Shown: positions 1 to 8,181, counted from the stretch's first letter. The stretch: 64,000 bases of DNA from Vicinamibacterales bacterium (GCA_035550595.1 DASZOV010000124.1:11135-75134); one strand, 5' to 3'. Notes: a model not told the origin generated them from the sequence alone. Translations and numbers: made by a program.

Positions 1-499
1 CGTCGAAGCCTTCGTCCGTGCCGCCGTATCGCAGGCCCGCGCGCGGTGAGTCGGGATGCGCGACGACAGCCGCGCCACCGAGCCGGTGGATGTCTTCGAT
101 CACGTCACGCGGCGTGCCGGCGAGCGGATACGGTGACGGGCGTTCGAGCCCGAGGGCGACGATGTGCCCGGCGAGCGTGCTGACTTCGACGGCGTCGATC
201 TCGAGCACGCCATGTCGATACGCGGGCGGATCGGGCGTCCGCATCGCGTCGCCGTGGTCGGTGATGATCACGAAACGCAGTCCGGCGTTCGCCGCCGCGG
301 TCATCACGTCGTCGACGGTCCCACTGCCGTCCGAACGGCGCGTGTGGATGTGGTACGCGCCCATGACGAGCGTGTCCGGCAGCGCGCCCGGCAAAACGAC
401 AGCCCGCGGCGGCAAGGTGGCCGCGATAAATGCGACGAAGGCGCCGAGCAGGACGACGGGCGCCGCAAGCCACGCGAGACTGCGCCGGCCGCGCGTCAT
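1..499 (-). CDS. PHP-domain (CehA/McbA-like) metallohydrolase, N-terminal part; the gene runs off the window start
   Basis: Manual minus-strand translation from ATG at 499-497 gives MTRGRRSLAWLAAPVVLLGAFVAF (signal/TM) ... HIHTRRSDGSG ... RFVIITDHGDAM ... VVAHPDSP, the His/Asp pattern of the PHP fold. It is absent from the ORF track because there is no stop inside the window. Confidence 0.6.
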   Translation of the reverse strand, partial: MTRGRRSLAWLAAPVVLLGAFVAFIAATLPPRAVVLPGALPDTLVMGAYHIHTRRSDGSGTVDDVMTAAANAGLRFVIITDHGDAMRTPDPPAYRHGVLEIDAVEVSTLAGHIVALGLERPSPYPLAGTPRDVIEDIHRLGGAAVVAHPDSPRAGLRYGGTDEGFD

Positions 500-615
500 G
501 CGCACTCACCCGATCGGGGCGTGAACACGATGCCCCTTCCGCGTCCGGACGCCGTGGTATACGCTCGATGGCTTGACGCCGCCCCCGTGGGCGCGGCCAA
601 CCTGACATCCCGATC

Positions 616-1344
616 ATGCCTTCGACGCCCGACGCGCCTGCCCCGCCGATCCTCGACGTGCGCGAATTGTCGGTCGCCTTCGATGCAGCCCCCGTGCTCG
701 ACCAGATCACGTTCTCGCTGCCGGCTGGCGCGTCGCTCGCCGTCATCGGCCCGAACGGGGCGGGCAAGACGGTGCTGTTTCGCGCGCTGCTCGGCGCCGT
801 GCCGCACACCGGCACCGTGCACTGGGCCCCGGGCGTGCGCATCGGGTACGTGCCGCAGAAGCTCGACATCGAACGGGACATCCCCATCACCGGCCGTGAT
901 TTCCTGACGGCGCGACTCGCCGTCGAGCGGGACGCCACCGAACGGCCTGACATCGCAGCCGTGCTTCGTCTGGTCGGCTTGTCGGAGGATACGAGCCGCA
1001 AGCCCATCGGGACGATCTCCGGTGGTCAGTTCCAACGCCTCCTCGTCGCCTTCGCCCTGCTCGGCAACCCGACGGTGCTGCTCCTCGACGAGCCGACCGC
1101 CGGCATCGATCAACCCGGCGAGGAACGGCTGAACGCGATGCTGCACCGACTGCAGCAGGAACGCGGATTGACGATCCTCCTCATCTCGCACGAACTGACG
1201 ATCGTCCACGCGTACGCGACGCACGTCCTGTGTCTCGGATCCGGCCCGGCGTTTTTCGGTCCGCCGAGCATCCTCACGCCGGATCTCCTGGCGAACCTCT
1301 ATCGCGAGCACGTGTCGGTTCACGCCCATACTCATGCTCATTGA
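616..1344 (+). CDS. Metal (Zn/Mn-type) ABC transporter ATP-binding protein, ZnuC-like
   Basis: Walker A GPNGAGKT, signature SGGQFQR, Walker B LLLDEPTAGID. It overlaps the downstream permease by 11 nt. Confidence 0.85.
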   Translation: MPSTPDAPAPPILDVRELSVAFDAAPVLDQITFSLPAGASLAVIGPNGAGKTVLFRALLGAVPHTGTVHWAPGVRIGYVPQKLDIERDIPITGRDFLTARLAVERDATERPDIAAVLRLVGLSEDTSRKPIGTISGGQFQRLLVAFALLGNPTVLLLDEPTAGIDQPGEERLNAMLHRLQQERGLTILLISHELTIVHAYATHVLCLGSGPAFFGPPSILTPDLLANLYREHVSVHAHTHAH

Positions 1345-2104
1345 CGCCATTCTGCTGCCGGCGGCCATGGCCGCGGCGGCCGGTCTCGTGGGCTGTTTCG
1401 CGCTGATGCGACGGATGGTGCTCGCCGGCGACGCGCTGTCGCACGTCGCCTTGCCCGGCATCGGCATTGCGCTCGCGCTCGGCATCCACCCGCTCTTCGG
1501 CGCGCTCACGATGCTCTTCTTCGGGGCGCTGCTCGTCTGGACGCTCGAAGATCGCACACGCATCGCGACCGAGACGATCGTAGGCGTCATCTTCTCGGCC
1601 GCACTCGCCATCGGCAGCATGATCACCTCGGGTGAGGATCTGATCGACGCGCTCGTCGGACACGCGGACGCCGTGCCCTGGCCGGAAGCGGTGTTCGGAC
1701 TGGCGGCGACGGCGCTCATCGTGTGGTTCATCGTGCGCCGGCGGCACGAGCTGGTGCTGGCGCTCGTCTCGCGCGACATCGCGCGCACGGCGGGCATCAA
1801 CGTGCGGCGGCTCGATCTCATCTATCTCGAGATGTTCGCGCTGACCGTCGCGCTCGGCCTGCGATATCTCGGCATTCTGCTGATGGGCTCGCTCATCATC
1901 ATTCCCGCCGCCACGGCCAAGCGCTTCTCGAAGGACCTGACGACGATGCTCGTGCTCGCCGCCGCACTCGGCGCCGGCGCAACCATCCTCGGGTCGATCG
2001 TCGCCCTCTGGCTCCATCGCGACCCGGGGCCGATCATCGTGGCGATCGCCGCGGCGGGATTTCTGTCGACGACCTTCCGCGGCGCGGCGGGCTCGGGGGC
2101 GTAG
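1334..2104 (+). CDS. Metal ABC transporter permease, ZnuB-like (ABC-3 family)
   Basis: 256 aa and polytopic. N-terminus LLPAAMAAAAGLVGCFALMRRMVLAGDALSHVALPGIG is typical of the ABC-3 family. Confidence 0.85.
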   Translation: MLIDAILLPAAMAAAAGLVGCFALMRRMVLAGDALSHVALPGIGIALALGIHPLFGALTMLFFGALLVWTLEDRTRIATETIVGVIFSAALAIGSMITSGEDLIDALVGHADAVPWPEAVFGLAATALIVWFIVRRRHELVLALVSRDIARTAGINVRRLDLIYLEMFALTVALGLRYLGILLMGSLIIIPAATAKRFSKDLTTMLVLAAALGAGATILGSIVALWLHRDPGPIIVAIAAAGFLSTTFRGAAGSGA

Positions 2105-2390
2105 CGCCAGTCATCTTCTTTTGCAGTGGCGCGGGGCCCGGCGCTCGCGTGTCATCTTCTTTGCAATGCGCTGGGGCCCCACCCCCAGCGCTACGCGCTT
2201 CGGCGCCCTCACTATGCTCGCCAGTCATCTTCTTTGCAATGCGTTGGGGCCCCACCCCCAACGCTACGCGCTTCGGCGCCCTCACTACGTTCGGGGCCTT
2301 GCGGTGTCATCTTTTCTTAAATACCCTTCTTCGCGCCTTCGCGTGAGCCCCTTCCGTCCCCTTCGCGATCTTCGCGTCTTCGCGCGAGGC
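2105..2390 (+). repeat. Composite intergenic repeat, copy A: four GTCATCTT boxes, two covarying GC hairpins, UUCG hairpins and a TTCGCG module
   Basis: GTCATCTTC boxes at 2110, 2151, 2224 and 2306. Hairpins at 2168-2191 and 2241-2264. Module cttcgcgatcttcgcgtcttcgcgcgagg at about 2360-2389. Related copies at 34862-35080 and 58631-58853, with a fragment at 53398-53465. Confidence 0.85.
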
Positions 2391-3367
2391 TACTTCTTCG
2401 CCAGATTCGCGAGCGGCACGCTCGCCAGCGTGAACGGCGTCGTCTCCGTGTGCGCGTCGCGCGTGTTGAACTGGGTGTTGACGACGATGAGCCGGTCGCC
2501 GACCTTGGCGGCGGTTGCGGGCCAGGCGAGCGCGGGATCCTTGAAGCGCGAGACGACAGTCCCCGTCGAGAAGTCGCTCGAAAGCTGGACCGTCGCGATC
2601 TCGACGGCCGTCTGCCGCACAGCGTAGAGCGTGTGGTCGTCGAGGACGAGACCGTCCATGCCGGTCAGGTCCGCGCCGCCCGTGTCGATCGCGCTCACAG
2701 CTTTGGTCGCCAGGTCGATGCGGAACAGCAACCCCTTCCCCATCTGCGCGACGATGAGCGACGCGTTGTCGGGCGTGACGGCGATGCCGTTCAGGTTCGC
2801 GCCCGAGTCGTACTGCAGCACCGTGTGATTGAAGTTCAACCACGGCTCGAGGTCGCCAATCGTCTCGCCGTGCGCCTCGAGACGCCAGAGCGTCGGCGCC
2901 TGCGTGTCGGTGAAGTACGCGGCCGAGCCGACGAGCGCGACGTCGTTGATGAGGCTGCCCGACGGGTCCGGCACCTCGACCTGTTTCAGCACGTGGCCCG
3001 TGCGTGCGTCGAGGACGAACATGCGTCCGGTCTTGCCGCCGGCAATCCACAGTCGATGGCTGGCGTCGATCTTCATGCCGAGGATGGCCGGAAACGCGGG
3101 CGTGGATCCGGCCGGGATGAGGACGCCTGCCGGCGCGACAGTTTCGGAGGCGCGCGTCTCGAGGTTCACGCGCACGACCGTCCCCGTTGCCGCGCTGGCC
3201 GTATAGAGCACTTGTTGCGCGGGATCGTAGGTCACGCCTTCGGGGAACGTGACGTCCGCGGGTAACGCCACGCGATCGACGCGGCCGGCCTGATTGGCCT
3301 GTCGCGCGACGACGAACGGCGTGCTCACGAGAACGGCGATCGCCAATGCGGTCGGCCAACGCGTCAT
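2390..3367 (-). CDS. Secreted beta-propeller protein, SMP-30/gluconolactonase/LRE-like
   Basis: Start chosen at MTRWPTALAIAVLVSTPFVVA (signal peptide), inside the longer ORF 2390..3595. Repeated strand-rich segments typical of six-blade propellers. Confidence 0.6.
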   Translation of the reverse strand: MTRWPTALAIAVLVSTPFVVARQANQAGRVDRVALPADVTFPEGVTYDPAQQVLYTASAATGTVVRVNLETRASETVAPAGVLIPAGSTPAFPAILGMKIDASHRLWIAGGKTGRMFVLDARTGHVLKQVEVPDPSGSLINDVALVGSAAYFTDTQAPTLWRLEAHGETIGDLEPWLNFNHTVLQYDSGANLNGIAVTPDNASLIVAQMGKGLLFRIDLATKAVSAIDTGGADLTGMDGLVLDDHTLYAVRQTAVEIATVQLSSDFSTGTVVSRFKDPALAWPATAAKVGDRLIVVNTQFNTRDAHTETTPFTLASVPLANLAKK

Positions 3368-3480
3368 GTCGGTACGCTCCTGAAACGGGATGCCCGCCGA
3401 CGACGCACACGTCGGATGCGCGCGTGGCGGGATGACGTCCAAGGCTAGCGCAGGCGGTGCGAGGCTGTCGACGGGATGAA

Positions 3481-3513
3481 AACTTCGAACTTCGAACTTC
3501 GAACTTCGAACTT
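3481..3513. repeat. Tandem heptamer array (AACTTCG)x4 plus a partial unit
   Basis: aacttcgaacttcgaacttcgaacttcgaactt read directly, in a divergent promoter region. Confidence 0.95.
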
Positions 3514-3563
3514 GGGATGCAGACAGGGCAAGGGCGGCCCTTGCCGACGACTGGCGATCTGTG

Positions 3564-3585
3564 CATATAGTGATATCGCTATATG
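3564..3585. promoter_or_regulatory. AT-rich 22-bp near-perfect palindrome, candidate ArsR/SmtB operator overlapping the arsR-like start codon
   Basis: catatagtgatatcgctatatg is self-complementary except for one symmetric pair of positions. The ATG of the ArsR-like gene is at 3583. Confidence 0.55.
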
Positions 3586-3927
3586 GCCACGCCACTCCAA
3601 GAGGCGAAGAGCGAGCTCTTCCGCGCCCTCGCCCATCCGACGCGCATCCGCCTGCTCGAGCAACTCGTCGGCGGCGAACGTACCGTCCAGGATCTGCACC
3701 AGGCGCTCCACGTTGGCCAGCCGCTCGTGTCCCAGCACCTCGCCGCGCTCCGCGCCCGCCACGTCGTCGTCGTCCGCCGCGAAGGCGCGCAGGCCTACTA
3801 CGCGCTGCGCAGCCCGCTCGTGGCCGACCTCCTGACGGTCGCGCGTGAGCTCCTGACGAACACGTTGTCCGATCAGCGGTCCATGCTCCGCGAACTGCAG
3901 CGGGAACGCCGCCGCGCCGCGCTGTGA
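3583..3927 (+). CDS. ArsR/SmtB family transcriptional regulator
   Basis: ELFRALAHPTRIRLLEQL ... VSQHLAALR winged-helix signature, 114 aa. Confidence 0.9.
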   Translation: MATPLQEAKSELFRALAHPTRIRLLEQLVGGERTVQDLHQALHVGQPLVSQHLAALRARHVVVVRREGAQAYYALRSPLVADLLTVARELLTNTLSDQRSMLRELQRERRRAAL

Positions 3928-5621
3928 CGTTCCCACCGCGCCTCGTCCCCTGGCTGCCGAAGTCCGTCCTCGCGCTTCGGGGCTACACGCCGGACACGTT
4001 CCGCCAGGATCTGCTGGCCGGCGCGACGACCGGACTCGTCGCGCTGCCGCTCGCGATGGCGTTCGCCATTGCATCAGGACTCACGCCACAGGCCGGCCTC
4101 TACTGCGCCGTCGTCACCGGGTTTCTCATCTCGGCGCTCGGCGGGTCGCTCGTCCAGATCGGCGGCCCAACCGGCGCCTTCGTCGTCGTGGTCGCCGGCA
4201 TCGTGGCGAAGTACGGCGTCGACGGTCTGTACACGTGCACGATGATGGCCGGCGTCATGCTCGTGCTGCTCGGCGCGACGCGCAGCGGCAGCGCGGTCCG
4301 GTTCATCCCGCGCCCGGTCGTCATCGGCTTCACCAACGGCATCGCGGTGATCATCGCGAGCACACAGATCCGGGACTTCCTGGGCCTGCGCATCGGCGGC
4401 ACGCCCGGCGACTTCCTCGGCCGCATGCGCGTCATCGTCGGCCACCTGAACACCGCCACGCCCGCCGCCGTCACCGTCGCGGTCGTCACGCTCGCGCTCG
4501 TGGTCGTGTTCAACCGGTTCGTGAAGGCCGTGCCTGGCACGATCGCCGGCATGGTCGGCGGCACCCTGCTCGGATGGCTCAGCGGGTGGCATCTCGAGAC
4601 GGTCGGGTCGCGCTTCGGCGGCGTCCCCTCCGGCCTCCCGCCGTTCCAGTTACCGGCATTCCATCCGTCGGTCGCGCTCACGCTGCTCGCACCCGCGGTG
4701 ACGATTGCGTTGCTCGGCGCCATCGAGTCGCTGATGTCGGCCGTCGTCTCCGATCGGATGACGGGCGACCGACACAACCCGAACGTCGAGCTCATCGCGC
4801 AGGGCGTGGCGAATTTCGTCACGCCGATGCTCGGTGGGCTGCCCGCGACGGGCGCCATTGCGCGCACGGCCACCAACGTCCGGTCCGGCGCACGGACGCC
4901 AGTCGCGGGCATGGTCCACGCGCTGACGCTCCTTGCGATCCTGCTCGTGGGGGCGAAGCTCGCGGCGGCGATCCCGATGGCCGTACTCGCGGGACTGCTC
5001 TTCGTCGTCGCGGCACGGATGGGCGAATGGCACGAGATTCCGCTGCTCCTCCGGCAGACGAAGACCGACGTCGCTGTCTGGCTGGCGACGTTCGCGCTCA
5101 CGGTCTTCGCGGACCTCACCGTCGCGGTCGAAGTCGGCATGGTGCTCGCGGCGCTGCTCTACATCCGCCGCGTGTCGAGCACGACGACCGTGACGCGCGT
5201 CACCGCGGCGTATCTGGAAGAGGGCCGCGAGCACGTCCTGCAGGATCAAGTCATCCCGGACTACGTCGCCATCGTCCGCATCCACGGGCCCTTCCTTTTC
5301 GGCGCGACCGACAAACTCGATGCGCTCGTCGAGACGCTGGATCCGCGCGCGGAGATCGTCATCGTCCGACTGCGGAACATGACGGCCATCGACGCGACTG
5401 GCGTGCGCGCGCTCGAGGACGTCGTCGCGCGGCTCGGCGCGACGAGGCGGACGGCCATCTTCTGCGGCGCGCGCGAACAGCCGAGCGCCGTCCTCCGCCA
5501 GACCGGCTTCGCTGCGACCGCGGGCGAGCTCAACATCTGCCCGAACATCCGCACGGCGCTCGTGCGTGCGCGCCAGATCCACGAAACCGCCACGCACGCC
5601 GCGCGACCGATCGCCGGCTGA
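3924..5621 (+). CDS. SulP family anion permease with C-terminal STAS domain
   Basis: 565 aa. DLLAGATTGLVALPLAMAFAIASG motif, polytopic core, STAS-like tail (VRIHGPFLFGATDKL). GTGA overlap with the arsR-like gene. Confidence 0.9.
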   Translation: MTFPPRLVPWLPKSVLALRGYTPDTFRQDLLAGATTGLVALPLAMAFAIASGLTPQAGLYCAVVTGFLISALGGSLVQIGGPTGAFVVVVAGIVAKYGVDGLYTCTMMAGVMLVLLGATRSGSAVRFIPRPVVIGFTNGIAVIIASTQIRDFLGLRIGGTPGDFLGRMRVIVGHLNTATPAAVTVAVVTLALVVVFNRFVKAVPGTIAGMVGGTLLGWLSGWHLETVGSRFGGVPSGLPPFQLPAFHPSVALTLLAPAVTIALLGAIESLMSAVVSDRMTGDRHNPNVELIAQGVANFVTPMLGGLPATGAIARTATNVRSGARTPVAGMVHALTLLAILLVGAKLAAAIPMAVLAGLLFVVAARMGEWHEIPLLLRQTKTDVAVWLATFALTVFADLTVAVEVGMVLAALLYIRRVSSTTTVTRVTAAYLEEGREHVLQDQVIPDYVAIVRIHGPFLFGATDKLDALVETLDPRAEIVIVRLRNMTAIDATGVRALEDVVARLGATRRTAIFCGAREQPSAVLRQTGFAATAGELNICPNIRTALVRARQIHETATHAARPIAG

Positions 5622-5735
5622 CGCTCCACGCTGAACCTCTGGCGCCTTGACCGGGGCGTGCGAATCCGTTACACATGCGTCGGCCATCACATTGCCGGCC
5701 GGAGCGCGCCGTCATTTCGCGCTCGAGGAGTCCTC

Positions 5736-7088
5736 ATGACCCTGCCTCGACGAAACGCCCTTCAGATGATGTTGACCGGTGCCGGAGCGCTTGGCGTCCT
5801 GACGCCACGCGCGCTCGCCGCCGAGGAGACCGCCGCGCAAGTGACACGCGCGACGCCCATCCCGCGCATCCAGGACATCTCCGTCATCGAGACCGCGCCG
5901 GCGGGTGTCCGGCTGAGCGTCGTGAAGATCACGACCGACCAGGACGGGCTGCACGGGTACGGCTGCGCGACGTTCACACAACGCGCCGATCTCGTGAAGC
6001 CCGCGGTCGAGCGGTACCTGAAGCCGCTGCTCGTCGGCAAGACGACCGACCGCATCGAGGACATCTGGCAGGCCTCGTACGACAGCTCGTATTGGAAGAA
6101 CGGGCCGGTCCTGAACAACGCGATCAGCGGCGTCGATCAGGCGCTCTGGGACATCAAGGGCAAGCGCGCGGGCATGCCGATCTACGACCTGCTCGGCGGC
6201 AAGTGCCGCGAAGCGGCCGCCTGCTACGGACACGCGTCGGGCAACGAGATTCCGCAGGTCATCGAAAGCGCGAAGCGCTACATCGCCGACGGCTTCCGGC
6301 ACGTTCGCGTCCAGGTCGGCGTTCCCGGGATGGACGGCTACGGCGCGGGCGCCGGCACCGCGAAGGTTGAAGCGCTGCACGAGGGTCCGGTGTTCGAGCC
6401 GGCCGCGTACATCCGCCGCGCGCTGCAACTCTTCGACGCGTGCCGCACTCAGCTCGGCGAGGAAATCGAGCTGCTGCACGACGTCCACGAGCGCGTGACG
6501 CCGAATCAAGCCGTCCAACTCGCGAAAGACGTCGAGAAATTCCGGCTGTTCTTCCTCGAGGATCCGCTGTCGCCCGAGGATCTCGATTACTTCCGTCAGA
6601 TTCGCCAGCAGTGCGCGACGCCGATCGCGATGGGCGAGCTCTTCAACAACCCGCACGAGTGGCTGCCGCTCGTCGGCGAGCGGCTGATCGACTACATCCG
6701 CATGCACGTCTCACAGGTCGGCGGACTGACGCCGTGCCGGAAGATTGCGGCGATGGCCGAACTCTACGGCGTGAAAACCGCATGGCACGGGCCCGGCGAC
6801 GTCTCCCCCATCGGGCATGCCGCGAACGTGACGCTCGACGTCGCCTGCTACAACTTCGGCATCCAGGAATACACGCCGTTCAACGAGCGTGTGCAGTCCG
6901 TCTTCAAGGGCTGCCCGGTGATGAAGAACGGCTATCTGTATCCGAACGATGCGCCGGGCTGGGGGATCGAGGTGGACGAAACCGCCGCAGCCTCGTTCCC
7001 GTTCGGCAAGGAGACCGGCGAGCGCGGCCGGCTGAACGGCGGCTGGGGCGAAGTCCGGCGAAGCGACGGCACGATCATCAAGCAATAG
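5736..7088 (+). CDS. Enolase-superfamily dehydratase, D-mannonate/D-galactonate dehydratase (ManD/RspA-like) subgroup, with a Tat-like N-terminal signal
   Basis: Sequence of ManD/RspA type (DQALWDIKGK, LLHDVHER, FLEDP, GELF). Start moved to the ATG at 5736, preceded by AGGAG. N-terminus MTLPRRNALQMMLTGAGALGVLTPRALAA. Confidence 0.8.
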   Translation: MTLPRRNALQMMLTGAGALGVLTPRALAAEETAAQVTRATPIPRIQDISVIETAPAGVRLSVVKITTDQDGLHGYGCATFTQRADLVKPAVERYLKPLLVGKTTDRIEDIWQASYDSSYWKNGPVLNNAISGVDQALWDIKGKRAGMPIYDLLGGKCREAAACYGHASGNEIPQVIESAKRYIADGFRHVRVQVGVPGMDGYGAGAGTAKVEALHEGPVFEPAAYIRRALQLFDACRTQLGEEIELLHDVHERVTPNQAVQLAKDVEKFRLFFLEDPLSPEDLDYFRQIRQQCATPIAMGELFNNPHEWLPLVGERLIDYIRMHVSQVGGLTPCRKIAAMAELYGVKTAWHGPGDVSPIGHAANVTLDVACYNFGIQEYTPFNERVQSVFKGCPVMKNGYLYPNDAPGWGIEVDETAAASFPFGKETGERGRLNGGWGEVRRSDGTIIKQ

Positions 7089-7096
7089 GGGAACGA

Positions 7097-7177
7097 GGGT
7101 TCCGGGGTTCCTGGTTGGAGGTTCCCGGGGTTCTCTGCTCGGGTTCCGGGGTTCGGGTTCCAGGTTCCGGGGTTCAG
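7097..7177. repeat. G-rich tandem array of GGTTCCGG-like 7-8 nt units
   Basis: ggttccggggttcctggttggaggttcccggggttctctgctcgggttccggggttcgggttccaggttccggggttcagg. It overlaps the stop codon of the minus-strand gene ending at 7174. Confidence 0.9.
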
Positions 7178-7737
7178 GATCTCTCCAGGAATCCTCTCCC
7201 TTCGAAGATCGCGGGCATCGCGTTTTCGATTCGCGCCGCCCGCGTCGCCGACTGTTTCGCGGCGGCGAAGTGGTACAGGTAACTCCTCTGCCGCCCGGGC
7301 GTCAGCGCCTCGAAGGCTCGCTTGAAACGCGGGTCTCTCCGGAGCCGCTCGGTCAGCTCCTCGGGAACTGGAAAATCCGACGTCTTCCGCGGCGTCATCC
7401 GCCGTCCGGCCTTCTCGACGGCGATGGCCTCGCGCACGTAGGCTTTGATGATTGCCGCCTTCGACGTGATGTCCTTCGCGCTGGTGAACTTCATCACGCG
7501 CCCGGCGTGTACCTGGCCGAGCTGCACCAGCACCTTCTTCGAGTCCGTCAGCAGGGCGCCTTGGAAGAAACCCAGCGCGAAGTACTCTTTGAAGCCCTGC
7601 ATGATGACGACGTTCTTTCCATCCACCGTGTAGGTGGGCTTCCCCCACTTGCACTCCTCCTTCATCGCCAGGCCCGAGAGCACCCGCCGCATCGCCGCGA
7701 TCTCGGCCTCCCACCGCGCTCGATACATCATCTCCAT
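7174..7737 (-). CDS. YdeI/OmpD-associated family protein (DUF1801-like N-terminal part)
   Basis: 187 aa. C-terminal FEALTPGRQRSYLYHFAAAKQSATRAARI is typical of the YdeI family. Confidence 0.7.
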   Translation of the reverse strand: MEMMYRARWEAEIAAMRRVLSGLAMKEECKWGKPTYTVDGKNVVIMQGFKEYFALGFFQGALLTDSKKVLVQLGQVHAGRVMKFTSAKDITSKAAIIKAYVREAIAVEKAGRRMTPRKTSDFPVPEELTERLRRDPRFKRAFEALTPGRQRSYLYHFAAAKQSATRAARIENAMPAIFEGRGFLERS

Positions 7738-7791
7738 GCGAACACCTCGCGACCTTCACCGCGCCACGGCGATGCCTTTCACCGTCGACCG

Positions 7792-8181
7792 CTAGACGTC
7801 GACCCGGTAGTCCAGACGGATTTCGTCGCCGTGCATGCCGCGGAAGCCCCAATCGCTCGCGGGGACTTCCTGGATGCAGATCTCGACGTCGCGCGGCTCG
7901 ATGCCGATGCGCTCGTGGATGCGATCGAAGAGGAGCCGCACGAGCTTCTTGCGTGCCTCGACCGTTCGCCCTTCGATCATCGTGATCTCGATGATCGTGT
8001 AGGCGTCCGTCCGGCCATCGGGACAGCGCACGTTCTCGGCGTCCATGGGAAAGAACCGGTGCGCGCGCTTGTCGCGGGGAAACTGCAGCGCCTCGACGAC
8101 GCAGTCGTGAATGACGTCGGAGAGCGCGTCACGCACCGGGATCAGGCGCTCCGCGATCCCGTACACCTTGACTTGAGCCAT
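7792..8181 (-). CDS. Tautomerase family protein (4-oxalocrotonate tautomerase-like, long form)
   Basis: Start chosen at MAQVKVYG. The pattern resembles tautomerase-superfamily members that are not Pro1-dependent. Confidence 0.6.
   Translation of the reverse strand: MAQVKVYGIAERLIPVRDALSDVIHDCVVEALQFPRDKRAHRFFPMDAENVRCPDGRTDAYTIIEITMIEGRTVEARKKLVRLLFDRIHERIGIEPRDVEICIQEVPASDWGFRGMHGDEIRLDYRVDV

Noticed and set aside
2151-2166. The TTTGCA in the repeat box as the -12 element of a sigma-54 promoter.
   Set aside because: There is no GG dinucleotide at the required -24 spacing (TGGCAC-N5-TTGCA) upstream of any box.
2105-2390. Possible CRISPR array, because of regularly recurring GTCATCTTCTTTGCA boxes.
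   Set aside because: The sequences between boxes are themselves repeated rather than unique spacers. Unit lengths are irregular (41-82 nt). There are no cas genes in the window, and the same composite occurs at three loci.
5658-5735. The ORF-track upstream start (5658) for the ManD-like gene. Similar upstream extensions apply to the ClC gene (9526), ctaD (23582), xoxF (20897), ctaE (21660), rpoD (56436), the MoaD-like gene (44104) and the beta-helix gene (63984).
   Set aside because: The extensions are Arg/Pro-rich, lack homology-like sequence, and overlap upstream genes or regulatory elements. In each case an internal start gives a signal peptide, a conserved N-terminus or an ATGA/GTGA coupling with the upstream gene.
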